From: a virus
Strand: one strand, 5' to 3'
DNA: 64,000 nt
IMG/VR virus record: IMGVR_UViG_3300021171_000006
Location: 27,354-91,353 of that record
Below are positions 51,968 through 61,546 of the stretch, piece by piece. Below the pieces are notes generated by a model. It saw nothing but the letters and a program-made list of their open reading frames with translations, did no database searches and had not been told where the DNA came from. The position numbers were made by a program, and so were the translations under genes. How positions within the stretch are numbered: position 1 is the first letter of the stretch; the number at the start of each line of letters is the position of its first letter.

Positions 51968-52195
51968 ATGGCTGGAGTTCTGTTCAAGCTCGACAAGTCT
52001 GGGCACGGTGAGGTCGCGAAGTGGGGCGAGGACGCCGAGAGCCGCGCTGCCGGCGATGCGGCGTTCAAGGCGCTCGCCGACAAAGGGTTCACGATGTTCG
52101 ACACCAGCGACAAGCTGGTCGGCAAGCCGGCGATGCACGCGTTTGACCCTGAGGCGACGGAAATCGTGGCGGTTCCGAGGCTCGTCGCCGGCTGA
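51968..52195 (+). CDS. small conserved protein
   Basis: LDKSGH...W...FDPEATEIVAVPRLVAG. Confidence 0.65.
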   Translation: MAGVLFKLDKSGHGEVAKWGEDAESRAAGDAAFKALADKGFTMFDTSDKLVGKPAMHAFDPEATEIVAVPRLVAG

Positions 52196-52201
52196 TCTCT
52201 C

Positions 52202-53515
52202 GTGACCCACGTCTGCATCGAAGAGCGCGGCGCGCCGAAGATCGTCGGGTGGACATCGGCCATACCTGGCACCGAGCGGACAATGACGCGTGTCGCTCGC
52301 GGCCCGGTGCCGGCGCTACCGAAGGGCTGGAAACGGCGATTTCGGAACAAGCCCTTCCCGGTGGCGCAGATCGTCTACCACACCTTTGCGGTGCGCACGG
52401 TGTACCGCGACAACATCCCGACGCGCGTCATCATGCTCGGAACCGGGAATGACCCAACCGCTCTGCCGGACTGGCGGAAGGCGTGGGACTATTCGATCCT
52501 CTACCCGAACATCTTTGGGAGAGAGGTCCACTTCCGTCGCCGAGAGCAACCAGATGGGCCGGTCTATCCGATACGGTTGGTCCGACCTTCGTATTTCGAA
52601 ATGCGTCGCGACTCGACCATCGGCATGCCGTTGATGGGTTGCGACGATGAAGGGGGCGGCATCACCGTCTGGCCCGAGCCGAGCGATGAATGGGAGATCG
52701 TGCCGACGACGGAAGATCGTCGCACCTACTCGTTCGAGCCGCCACGACCACGACCAGTAAATTTCTTTCACGGCAGGAGCGCGCTCGGCAATCTGGCGAG
52801 CGGTATAGTCCGACAGACCACCCTTAACGGCGGAGAGGCTCCAGTTGGTGTGCGCGCCTCGCCCGACACTTACGCCGCCCTACAGAGACAGTTCATTGAT
52901 GTAGGGTCGCGGGCGTTTGCTGACGCGCGTGGCTTGACGGTCATGGGCATCCCTGTCGTCTCCGATCCGTTCGTCCCGCCCGGTCAGGCGTTTATCATTG
53001 GCGCAGACCCGGCTCACGATCGCGGCGCAGTGGCTGTTGCCAGAATTGAAGCCGGTCAGATTACCGCAATCAACGTCACGAATGCTGGTGCAGGCTATAC
53101 AGCGCCGCCCGATTTGGTCTTTGGTCAACGACGCGCTTTCGTTCCTCGGGTTTTTGCGGATCTGTACAGCACCGGTGTCATAATAGACCCCGAGACGGCG
53201 CAGCGTTCGAGAGAACGGGCGCGTGGTCTACTGAAATCGCTACTGACCACGCAGCAATGGGCCGAGTTCGAAGCGGTGGGGGCGGTCACCGAGCACATCG
53301 ACGGGTGCGAGTTCAAGCTGCGGCCCTGCCACATGATCGAGGCAACGAAGCCACGCCTTATAGGAAAGGTGCGCGAGCGCTGGTGCGTCACGCCGCAACC
53401 CTACACGGTCGGTGAGGACTGGATGCCCGAGGAGGACAAGCTGATCGGGCAACTGCTGCATCTGCGCGCCGGGCCTGACAAGCTGCGCGCGGCGGCGAAC
53501 ATCTTCCCCGCCTAG
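52202..53515 (+). CDS. mosaic hypothetical protein
   Basis: long ORF with capsid-like, terminase-like and fibre-like segments. Confidence 0.6.
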   Translation: MTHVCIEERGAPKIVGWTSAIPGTERTMTRVARGPVPALPKGWKRRFRNKPFPVAQIVYHTFAVRTVYRDNIPTRVIMLGTGNDPTALPDWRKAWDYSILYPNIFGREVHFRRREQPDGPVYPIRLVRPSYFEMRRDSTIGMPLMGCDDEGGGITVWPEPSDEWEIVPTTEDRRTYSFEPPRPRPVNFFHGRSALGNLASGIVRQTTLNGGEAPVGVRASPDTYAALQRQFIDVGSRAFADARGLTVMGIPVVSDPFVPPGQAFIIGADPAHDRGAVAVARIEAGQITAINVTNAGAGYTAPPDLVFGQRRAFVPRVFADLYSTGVIIDPETAQRSRERARGLLKSLLTTQQWAEFEAVGAVTEHIDGCEFKLRPCHMIEATKPRLIGKVRERWCVTPQPYTVGEDWMPEEDKLIGQLLHLRAGPDKLRAAANIFPA

Positions 53516-55461
53516 ACTAGGCCGCGATCTTCCATCCAAGATGACGGGACGTAAGGATTTTCGGCTCGTTCTTCTGCCGTTCTGAAAAAATCGTAAACCA
53601 TCCGCCGAACGATGGTTCCCATCACGGTCGTCTCGCCGGCCTCGGCGGCGCTCACGTTCTCGTAGGTCGCCCCTTCCTGTAGAAGCGAGTTCCGTAGGTG
53701 GTCGATCCACGCCCGGTTCGCCAGCGCGGCGGCAAACACCCGGTCATCCTTTTGCTTGCCCGGCGCTTCGGGGGCGATGTCGGAGCGGGTCTGCCGCATC
53801 GTGCTCATTTCGTCGAGCAGCGGCATCGAGCGGATATCGAGAACGTCGGTGGTGAACGAATCGCGGAATTGGTTCATCAACTCCATCTTCGTCCGCCAGG
53901 TCGTTTCGAAATTTAACACATAGCCCGCCCCCATGCTGTCGGGCCGGTGGTAGAGATACCAGCGCGCTTGGTCGAGGAAGTCCTCCCATTCGAGGCCGCG
54001 CACCCTGTTCGCGTAGATCTCGGCGCGCAGCCGCTCCTTCAGCTGGTCGAACTCGCGCATGATGGCCCGGCCTGGCCCACCTAATTCGACGTTGACCACG
54101 CAGTTGCGATAGGCCCCGGCGAGATAGGCCAGTATCCACGCCGCCTGGTGGGTTTCGAGGTCGGCGTCGGCGAACTCGGCGCATTGCACGAGACGGTCGG
54201 CATACGCTCGCCAAACGGAGATTGCTGAACGATCCGCCCACTCTGTGCGTCCGTAAGCCGGATCGCAGCCGATAACGTAGATCCCCTCCGGGTGCGGCTC
54301 ATGCCAGACGCGGAGCGTCACCTGGTCAATGAGGGCGGCGTCGATCACCTCGCTCATCTCGGTCTGGAAGATGTTGGTGCCGATGTTGAACGTGTATCCC
54401 CGGAAATAGATCGCCTCGGGGTTCTCGTGATCGGTGTGGGCAAGGCGCTGCCGGCGATCGATGTCCTCCGCCCATTTCTGGATCACCCGGCTCAGGAAGA
54501 ACGAATACCCCTGGACCTGAAAGGCTTGGGTCTCGGTCCAGGGTTGCGACGCCTCTAATGAGCCATCGGCCAGCGCGCGGTCGGATTGACGCCAGCGATA
54601 CCATGCCAGCTGCTCCATCGAGACCGAGTAGCCGTACATCTGCGCGACCTGGCGGATCAGTTCGCCCTCTTCGGCGTTTGGCATGATCGTGCCGAAAAGA
54701 CGGAACCGGCGATCGGTGCGTTCGATGCGGTTTTGCGGCTTTGCCCACCAGCCGATAAAGCAGGTGCGCTTCGTGTACGGATCGTCCTTCGCCGAGATCC
54801 ACATATCGTGCCACGGCGTTCCGTGCCCATAGGCGCGCGACTCAAAGATGAACAGCCGATCAGGGTGGCCCTGCGAGAGGGTTTCGCGGAAGCTGTCGAT
54901 ACCTTCCTGCGTCCCGTAAGCCCCGACCTCGCTGCACCACGCAAGGACATAGCCCTTCGAGTCGGCCCAGCTTTTCTTGTGCTGACCGGCGACCAGGAAA
55001 TCGAGCCGCGCGCCGTTCGAGAAACTCATATAGAACCGGTTGTCCTTGACGATCTCAAACGAAGAGCCAAGAAAATCCTCGGGGAAGGATTCCATCATCT
55101 TGTTGATTTGATCGCGGAACCCGGCAGAGTTCTTGTCGTCATCGGCGACAAGGCATCCAATAATACGGGGGTGGACTGCGAGCCAGAAAATGAGGATGGC
55201 CAGGCCGATCGTGGTCAGACCAAGCTGCCGGCTCTTGAGATTGTAGAATTCGTGGATGTCGTCTTCGAGGGCGTCGCATAGCGCTTCAAGGAACATCTGC
55301 TGCGACAGCCAAAGGTCAAGATCCGAGCCGCCGCGCTCGTCGTCGATGCTCTCGGATTCCTTGGACTGGATGCGCAGCTTCGAGATGAACTCAAGCAGCA
55401 GCGGCAGCCATTTCTGCTTTTTCGCCTTCTTCCGCAGTGATGGGGTGAGTTTTGTCGCCAT
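53512..55461 (-). CDS. terL: terminase large subunit
   Basis: LKSRQLGLTT Walker A variant; CSEVG; FIFES; YVIGCDPAYG; KDDRVFA. Confidence 0.9.
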   Translation of the reverse strand: MATKLTPSLRKKAKKQKWLPLLLEFISKLRIQSKESESIDDERGGSDLDLWLSQQMFLEALCDALEDDIHEFYNLKSRQLGLTTIGLAILIFWLAVHPRIIGCLVADDDKNSAGFRDQINKMMESFPEDFLGSSFEIVKDNRFYMSFSNGARLDFLVAGQHKKSWADSKGYVLAWCSEVGAYGTQEGIDSFRETLSQGHPDRLFIFESRAYGHGTPWHDMWISAKDDPYTKRTCFIGWWAKPQNRIERTDRRFRLFGTIMPNAEEGELIRQVAQMYGYSVSMEQLAWYRWRQSDRALADGSLEASQPWTETQAFQVQGYSFFLSRVIQKWAEDIDRRQRLAHTDHENPEAIYFRGYTFNIGTNIFQTEMSEVIDAALIDQVTLRVWHEPHPEGIYVIGCDPAYGRTEWADRSAISVWRAYADRLVQCAEFADADLETHQAAWILAYLAGAYRNCVVNVELGGPGRAIMREFDQLKERLRAEIYANRVRGLEWEDFLDQARWYLYHRPDSMGAGYVLNFETTWRTKMELMNQFRDSFTTDVLDIRSMPLLDEMSTMRQTRSDIAPEAPGKQKDDRVFAAALANRAWIDHLRNSLLQEGATYENVSAAEAGETTVMGTIVRRMVYDFFRTAEERAENPYVPSSWMEDRGLV

Positions 55462-55464
55462 GGA

Positions 55465-55803
55465 TTACGGGTTGTCGCGCCGCCAGCGCCGAACCTGGTC
55501 GACGCAATCCGGTTCCATGGAGGTGAAGCCAAGCACCAAATAGATATGTAGCGGATCGTCTTCGAAATAGATCTCCATCCCAACCTGGAACTTTGGGATA
55601 AGCGACTGTGCAAATACGCCGTCGGTGTAGGGCGGCAAGGCTTCCCCACTGAAGGGATGCCGAGAGACCCCCATGGGGACATCATCGCCTACCGGCCGAT
55701 GCTGATAGGCCCCCTCGTTAACGACCTCACGTTCCGCCCTCAACTCAGCAAGTCGAGAGGAAATGCTGTCGTAATCGTTAACCAAAACGGGAAGGTTGGA
55801 CAT
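55465..55803 (-). CDS. hypothetical protein between portal and TerL
   Basis: ORF fills the gap between the two genes. Confidence 0.55.
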   Translation of the reverse strand: MSNLPVLVNDYDSISSRLAELRAEREVVNEGAYQHRPVGDDVPMGVSRHPFSGEALPPYTDGVFAQSLIPKFQVGMEIYFEDDPLHIYLVLGFTSMEPDCVDQVRRWRRDNP

Positions 55804-55815
55804 GGCGTTACCCTA

Positions 55816-57684
55816 TCAGTGGCGCCGGCCGCCGTGCTGCCCCTTCTCCAGCATTTGCGGATGGGCCTGGATAAAGGCGGCGTGCTCGGCCTCGCGTGTT
55901 TCGAGCGCTTCGACGAGCTCGTCCTCGCGGGGCGGGTGGGTCAATTCTATCGTCTCCCGCGGACTGACCGCCTGGAGCTTCGCCAGCGCGAAGATCAGAT
56001 CACGCGCCTCTTTGCTGAACATCGGCGATGAGGAATGAGCGTCGACCGATACGCGCTGGTTGTCGTCGAGTTGGGCGAGCACGAAGGGGATGGGGACGAG
56101 ACCGGGGGCCGGCGGCTCGTAGATATCCGCGTCCAGCTTTTGCCCTTTCCACAACCCGGCATACTTCTCAGGAACCCAGGCGACCATCTCCTCGCCGGAT
56201 TTCACCTTCAGTATATCGAGAGCAAGCCCAGCTACCGCGTCGACGCAGCGCTCAGCGGCGAGCGCCTTGTCCTTGAACCTGGGGCTCGCCATGCGAACGA
56301 GGGTCTCGGCGTGGGCCTGCGCCCTGACGCCCGATTCTCCCTCGCCGCGAACCGTCGCCGGCATTCCGCCGATGTCGTTGAACATCTGCATCAACTCATG
56401 CAGCGAGCGCCACGAGTCGGCGGGGACCGTTGTAGCAAGGGCCTGAGCCTTTGCGTTTGGGTTCTGATCGGTCAGATACCCGCCGGGCTTGTTCTGCTTG
56501 GCATAGAGGTTCTGGTTGATCGACGAGCCCGAGATAAGGCGAGGCGGGTTTTCCTCCTTCCGGAGCATCTTGTTGATGCCGTCCATGCGCCTGTTGAGGG
56601 CCGCCTGGATCGATCCGACGATCCGAATTTCGGAGTCTCCCCAGAAATATTTCGGCATGCGGTCGATGCAGAATTCAACGAACGGGTGCCGGCCGCGCAG
56701 CGGGTTGTTCTCGCGCTTCCGCTTGGCCTCGGCCTCCTCGTCGCTACCGCTCCGTCGCCCGGGTTGCACCGGGACGCCTGGCTGGAAATTGTCGGCGAGC
56801 GCGTTGTAGAGCATCTTGTTGGGGATGAGGACGCAATCGGGGCCGACCAGCTGGATCGTTACCCAATCGTCGACGGCGCTGTCCCACACCCATAATTCAT
56901 CGAGTGCGATGAGGTTGACGCGCGTCTCCGGCGAAAGTTGCGGCTGCGGCGCGGTGAGCCAATCGACGATCCCGCGATTGCTCTTTTGTCCGGGGATCGG
57001 CGCGCCCGACACCTGATAGGGATAGAGGCCGCCGAGCATGACCATCCGTGTCGTGGCGTAGTTGTCGACCTCGCCACGGTCTTTCCCCGGTGCGCCGATC
57101 AGGTATTGTTTCGCCGCTTGGAGGATCGCCTTCTCCTTGCGCGGCACCATCTTCAGATACGTCACCCTGTCGCGGAAATCGTCGAAGGTGATCCATGTCC
57201 GGTGAAAGAATGCCTTCTGAGAGGCCAGGGTTGGGCGTCCTTCCTCCAATACCCCAAACTGCTCCGGCATGATGAGGCGCGGCTCAAGCCCACTCTTCGT
57301 CGAGTGCAATTCGATAAAGGTCTTGCCCTTGATGAGCGCCCAGAGAACGGCGTCCTCGATCATCGAATCGCAATCGGAGCGGCGAAATTCGAGATTGAGT
57401 TCAGCCGCGGCGGCGTGACCAAGAGCGCGCTCGATGGGGCCGGCGCGCCCATGCGGGGCAACATTGAGCTTCAGTTCGATCGGGCTGTAGATCATCGACG
57501 CCAGATCGTCGATGTAGGCGTAGGTCTTTTTGTAGATCTGCGGCGCCCCGTCGGCGGAGCCGGTCAGGAAAACGTTCTGGTACATCGCCCCGCGCTCTAG
57601 GCGGGACTGCATGGAAACCGCACAGCGGCCGATCAACTCCGTCGCAAAGTCGCCGATCTCGGTGAGTTTGGTGGGAACGAACAT
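55816..57684 (-). CDS. portal protein
   Basis: 622 aa; HPFV....FWG.SEI......Q..LN pattern of P22-like portals; adjacent to TerL. Confidence 0.75.
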   Translation of the reverse strand: MFVPTKLTEIGDFATELIGRCAVSMQSRLERGAMYQNVFLTGSADGAPQIYKKTYAYIDDLASMIYSPIELKLNVAPHGRAGPIERALGHAAAAELNLEFRRSDCDSMIEDAVLWALIKGKTFIELHSTKSGLEPRLIMPEQFGVLEEGRPTLASQKAFFHRTWITFDDFRDRVTYLKMVPRKEKAILQAAKQYLIGAPGKDRGEVDNYATTRMVMLGGLYPYQVSGAPIPGQKSNRGIVDWLTAPQPQLSPETRVNLIALDELWVWDSAVDDWVTIQLVGPDCVLIPNKMLYNALADNFQPGVPVQPGRRSGSDEEAEAKRKRENNPLRGRHPFVEFCIDRMPKYFWGDSEIRIVGSIQAALNRRMDGINKMLRKEENPPRLISGSSINQNLYAKQNKPGGYLTDQNPNAKAQALATTVPADSWRSLHELMQMFNDIGGMPATVRGEGESGVRAQAHAETLVRMASPRFKDKALAAERCVDAVAGLALDILKVKSGEEMVAWVPEKYAGLWKGQKLDADIYEPPAPGLVPIPFVLAQLDDNQRVSVDAHSSSPMFSKEARDLIFALAKLQAVSPRETIELTHPPREDELVEALETREAEHAAFIQAHPQMLEKGQHGGRRH

Positions 57685-57917
57685 TTATCGGAGCCGCCAC
57701 CCCCAACTGCCGCCAGTTCGCCCGGCAGGGAACCCACGTCGGGCCAATTCCTCGATGGTGAGCGACCAATTCAACCGGGGGCGGGGTAATAACCAGAGAT
57801 GCCAAGCAACCCTGTGCGTTGCACCGATGATACCCACGACAAGCGGAGGATAGCGCTCAATGATCAGGCCGAGTTCAAGGCCAAGGAAGTTCGATGTAAA
57901 GCCGCAGCGCATGCCGA

Positions 57918-58490
57918 TCAGCCCCGAGGCGGGCCGTTACCGGCGACAATCCGTATCGGCGGTTGGATCTGCTCGCGCACCTCCGGCGATGCCGAGTGCA
58001 GATTTTCGACCGGCTGGTATCCTTGCGGTTGCCGGAAAGCCCCGGACAGAGCGGCCCGGCGCAGGAAGGCGGGGCTGAGCGTCGCCTTGTCGGGTAGGCC
58101 TGGATGCCGCTTGCGACCGCCGACGAAGAAACTGTCGGCTTGCTGCTGTAGTGCCGGGGCCAGCTTTGGTGCCGCCGTCTCGCTGGGTCGGACATCGGTG
58201 CGCAGGTCGGTCATGCCGTAATCCTGCATGACGATTTTCGCGGTCTCGTCGATCGCCTTCACTTGTAGGGACGCGCCGATGGTCGCTGGGGCGCGGGCGA
58301 TCGAGAGATCCATCCCGATCGGGGCTTGGATATGGCCGCAATCAAGATTGGGGCATTTGGGCGTACCGTTCATTTCGAGGCGGAAAGCGGCGTCCTCATC
58401 GGGCGTGCGTCCCTCGCCGGCCCTGACGCTGGTGCCTTTCCAGCGCATCCCGCACGCGGAGCATTGGAAAATTGGCCGGTAACGCTGCAT
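57918..58490 (-). CDS. zinc-finger hypothetical protein
   Basis: CSAC...CPNLDC; KAIDETAKIVMQDYGMTDL. Confidence 0.6.
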   Translation of the reverse strand: MQRYRPIFQCSACGMRWKGTSVRAGEGRTPDEDAAFRLEMNGTPKCPNLDCGHIQAPIGMDLSIARAPATIGASLQVKAIDETAKIVMQDYGMTDLRTDVRPSETAAPKLAPALQQQADSFFVGGRKRHPGLPDKATLSPAFLRRAALSGAFRQPQGYQPVENLHSASPEVREQIQPPIRIVAGNGPPRG

Positions 58491-58828
58491 CAGGCCGCTT
58501 CCTCGGACTTCTCGGGAAAATGCAGTTCGGCCTGGGCCCACTCTCTCCACTCGATCGGGCGCAATTGGACGGCTCCAGCTGTCTCTGCGGCATGCCAGAC
58601 GCCGCCATCGACCCATTCATGGCCGACGCGACGCCGGCTGTTGCGCCAACGGATCGGGCGACCGACTTCCTCTTCGGGTGAAAAGCGCCCCTCGACGATG
58701 CGGTCATGCGGCCCCTCGTCGATCGGTCGCCACGGGTTCTCGACCGCAGCAGGCTCCGATTGGGCTTCTTCAGGCGGCTCGGGCGGGTTTTGTTTCCGGG
58801 GCGGCGGTGAGGTCCGGTGGCTGTCCAT
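58490..58828 (-). CDS. hypothetical protein
   Basis: RBS present; PWRPID...P.EWRE. Confidence 0.55.
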   Translation of the reverse strand: MDSHRTSPPPRKQNPPEPPEEAQSEPAAVENPWRPIDEGPHDRIVEGRFSPEEEVGRPIRWRNSRRRVGHEWVDGGVWHAAETAGAVQLRPIEWREWAQAELHFPEKSEEAA

Positions 58829-59294
58829 AAGGAGTCATCCCGTGATTTATTGCTGCCATCGCGAGTGCCAAAATGCGATTTGGCTCTTTTTCGCCTTGGT
58901 CGTAGACCTTGAGTTGCCTTATCGAATAACCTAGAACGCGAGCGGCCTCTGCTTGTGTCAGATTATGCCCCAACCGCCAAGCACGGAATTTTGACACCGG
59001 CTCTGACGATCGATTTATAGGTTTTGAAAATATTGCCGAGCGATCGATATCGACGTTTGGGTCGATGATAAGCATGGTTTCATCGTATCGAAACCATTCT
59101 CCACGTAATAGTAAATGTCTGTAATGGAAATGCAGTAATTTTTCTGTTGTGCGGTCCCCGTCTGATATTATCCTAACAATAATCAATTGCTCAGGAACAT
59201 AGGTTTGGATGTCTCGTATCCGAGACGCCGGCACTTTGGCGAACCCAATTTTCACGGGGCCATCTTCGCCGCGCCGGATAAAGTAGACGCTCAT
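58770..59294 (-). CDS. GIY-YIG plus C-terminal HTH protein, AT-rich
   Basis: VYFI...VKIGFA...R...IQT...GEWF; LTQAEAARVLGYS. Confidence 0.8.
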   Translation of the reverse strand: MSVYFIRRGEDGPVKIGFAKVPASRIRDIQTYVPEQLIIVRIISDGDRTTEKLLHFHYRHLLLRGEWFRYDETMLIIDPNVDIDRSAIFSKPINRSSEPVSKFRAWRLGHNLTQAEAARVLGYSIRQLKVYDQGEKEPNRILALAMAAINHGMTPYGQPPDLTAAPETKPARAA

Positions 59295-59434
59295 AGCAAC
59301 GCTATTATCACGAAAGGTGCGGAATATCGAAGGGAAGAAACTGCACCTTTGGCCAATTGACAATGGACGGCACCGAAATAGCCCCTACTGTGATCTACGC
59401 CCGACGTGGGCTTATCCCTGATCAGGAGGATCAC

Positions 59435-59488
59435 ATGATTCGCTATCGCGGCAAGCGGCACATGGGCCGCCACTCGAAGCGCAAGTAG
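59435..59488 (+). CDS. 17-aa basic peptide MIRYRGKRHMGRHSKRK
   Basis: AGGAGG RBS; first ORF of the head operon. Confidence 0.55.
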   Translation: MIRYRGKRHMGRHSKRK

Positions 59489-59551
59489 CTTCAACGCAGG
59501 AACGCGCGGGCCGCACGCCCCTTCAGCTAGCGACCCGCGCACCTCCGCCTC

Positions 59552-60046
59552 GTGCCTGATCCCATTTCTCTTCCGACTGCCGGCCCGCCGAGTGCGGCGG
59601 GTGGCGCAGGTGGCCCGCAAGGCCTTATGGCGCTGCTACAGGCGCGCCAAGCCGCTGGCGGTGCCCCAGGCGGGCCTCCCGGTCCCGGCGGCCCCGTCTC
59701 CCCTCCAGGTCAACTCGGCGGCGGAACGATGCCAAGCGGCAACGCCGGTCTCGCCGTCAAGGCGATGAGCGATGTCCGCAACGCCGTGACCATGCTGGAA
59801 TCCGCCCTGCCGCATATCCCGATGGGTTCCGAGCTTCACGGCGAAGTGCTGAATGCGACGAAGGGGCTTTTGAAGCACCTCCAGTCCGGCGACCAGAACC
59901 AATCGATCGACTTGATGTCGCTCTTGCAGATGGCGCGCCAGAACGCGCAGTCGCAACCGATGCAGGCATTGATGAAGGCCTATCCCCAAAACCCAGGCGC
60001 GCCGCCGGCTCCCGGAGCGGGTGGCGGCCTAGCCATGGCAGCGTGA
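59552..60046 (+). CDS. Pro/Gly-rich head-module protein
   Basis: position in the head operon; LESALPHIPMGSELH core. Confidence 0.6.
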   Translation: MPDPISLPTAGPPSAAGGAGGPQGLMALLQARQAAGGAPGGPPGPGGPVSPPGQLGGGTMPSGNAGLAVKAMSDVRNAVTMLESALPHIPMGSELHGEVLNATKGLLKHLQSGDQNQSIDLMSLLQMARQNAQSQPMQALMKAYPQNPGAPPAPGAGGGLAMAA

Positions 60047-60049
60047 ACG

Positions 60050-61342
60050 ATGACGCGAAACTGGCTCTCCTATCCCTCGGCGGAATTCGCCAACTGCACC
60101 GTCTATCTGCCGGACGTGGATAACAACGGGCACGCAATCATGGCCGTCCGTGAGACGATGGACGGTCACAGCGTCATTCTGTTTGCGGGTGGCAACGAAG
60201 TTCCGGTTATGCGGACGGCCAAGACGGTCATGGCCGATCTCGTGCCGCCGCCAGATCCGCCGGTATTCGTCGGGCGGCTCAACCCCGACGCCCCGACCGC
60301 GACATTCTCCGGCGCTGCCGATCCCGGCTCGACGGTCGTTATCCGAGATGGCGCGGTATTGGCCGCGACGGCGCAGACCGATGCGACCGGGCAATGGGAG
60401 ACGACCTCCCCCGTGGACCTCACGCCCGGTCCCCACACGATGATCGCCATCCAGACCGACATCTTCGGCCGTGAGAGTAAGTCGTCCACGCCGTGCCTTC
60501 TTGACGTGCCGGAGCCGAAGCCCTTGCCGGAGCCCCCGACCCTTGTCGTTCCGGAAACCGCAAGCGGCCCAGCAGGCACCCCGATCGCGCTCCCCATTAC
60601 CGCCTCATTGGCGGGGGCCGACGCGAGCGATCCCGACGCCGTGCTGTCGATCGGTATTTTGGGTGTGCCGAGCGACGCCACCCTGTCAGCCGGAACACGC
60701 AACAGCGACGGCAGCTACACGCTGACCGAGCCGCAGCTTTCCGGCCTCACCATCACCACGACAGCGGCGCCCACAGCCTTTCCCCTGTCGGTCTCTGCCG
60801 CCAGCACCTCCCGCGGCAACACCGCAGCGGCCGGCGGCGTCATCAACGTCACCACCAGCGCACCTGTTCCGCTGCCCGCAACCGCCCCGACCATCGCCGA
60901 AAACAAGCCGCTGTCCGTTATCGTCGGGGCCGCAGGGACAATTACCTCGGGCGACTTGAGCGCCAATGAGCCGGGCGCCTCTCCCTCGCAGTTGACCTAC
61001 ACGGTTACCGGTGGACCATCGAACGGCACCCTGCTGAAAGGTGGCTCGCCGGTCACCCAGTTCACTCAAGCTGACATCGACAGTGGAGCTGTCAGCTACC
61101 AGGAGAACGGCAGCGGCGCCACGGCGGACGAGTTCGCTTTCCAGGTCGCCGACCCGGCGGGCGGCACCACAACCGGAACCTTCGGCATCACGATCTCGCC
61201 AGCAGAGCCGGTTACCACCGGGGTTACGGCGACGGCTGGTGGCCCAGGCTTCGCCACCCCGCCTCCCGTGACGATCACCGGTGGGGGCACGACAACTGCG
61301 GCCGATCCCGCCAACCCCGCACCACAACAGCAACCGGAGTAA
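60050..61342 (+). CDS. Ig-like/cadherin-like domain protein (possible decoration)
   Basis: FSGAADPGSTV...D.TGQW...G.H; LTYTVTGGPSNGTL...FTQADIDSGAVSY. Confidence 0.7.
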   Translation: MTRNWLSYPSAEFANCTVYLPDVDNNGHAIMAVRETMDGHSVILFAGGNEVPVMRTAKTVMADLVPPPDPPVFVGRLNPDAPTATFSGAADPGSTVVIRDGAVLAATAQTDATGQWETTSPVDLTPGPHTMIAIQTDIFGRESKSSTPCLLDVPEPKPLPEPPTLVVPETASGPAGTPIALPITASLAGADASDPDAVLSIGILGVPSDATLSAGTRNSDGSYTLTEPQLSGLTITTTAAPTAFPLSVSAASTSRGNTAAAGGVINVTTSAPVPLPATAPTIAENKPLSVIVGAAGTITSGDLSANEPGASPSQLTYTVTGGPSNGTLLKGGSPVTQFTQADIDSGAVSYQENGSGATADEFAFQVADPAGGTTTGTFGITISPAEPVTTGVTATAGGPGFATPPPVTITGGGTTTAADPANPAPQQQPE

Positions 61343-61348
61343 CGTCCG

Positions 61349-61543
61349 ATGGCCAAGTCAAACTTCCCGGGCCCGTACCCGAACGAAACCACGGAAGACG
61401 ATTCCATGATGGTCCGCCGCCCGTCCGACCACCTGGAGATCGCCTCCCGCCCGTCAACGCTGCGCTCCACCCATGACAAGTCAAAAATCATGGGAATTTC
61501 CCACGTCGGCGACATGAACTCGTCGACCCGGAAGGGCCGCTAA
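61349..61543 (+). CDS. small head-module protein
   Basis: GGAG RBS; position in the head operon. Confidence 0.55.
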   Translation: MAKSNFPGPYPNETTEDDSMMVRRPSDHLEIASRPSTLRSTHDKSKIMGISHVGDMNSSTRKGR

Positions 61544-61546
61544 CCG

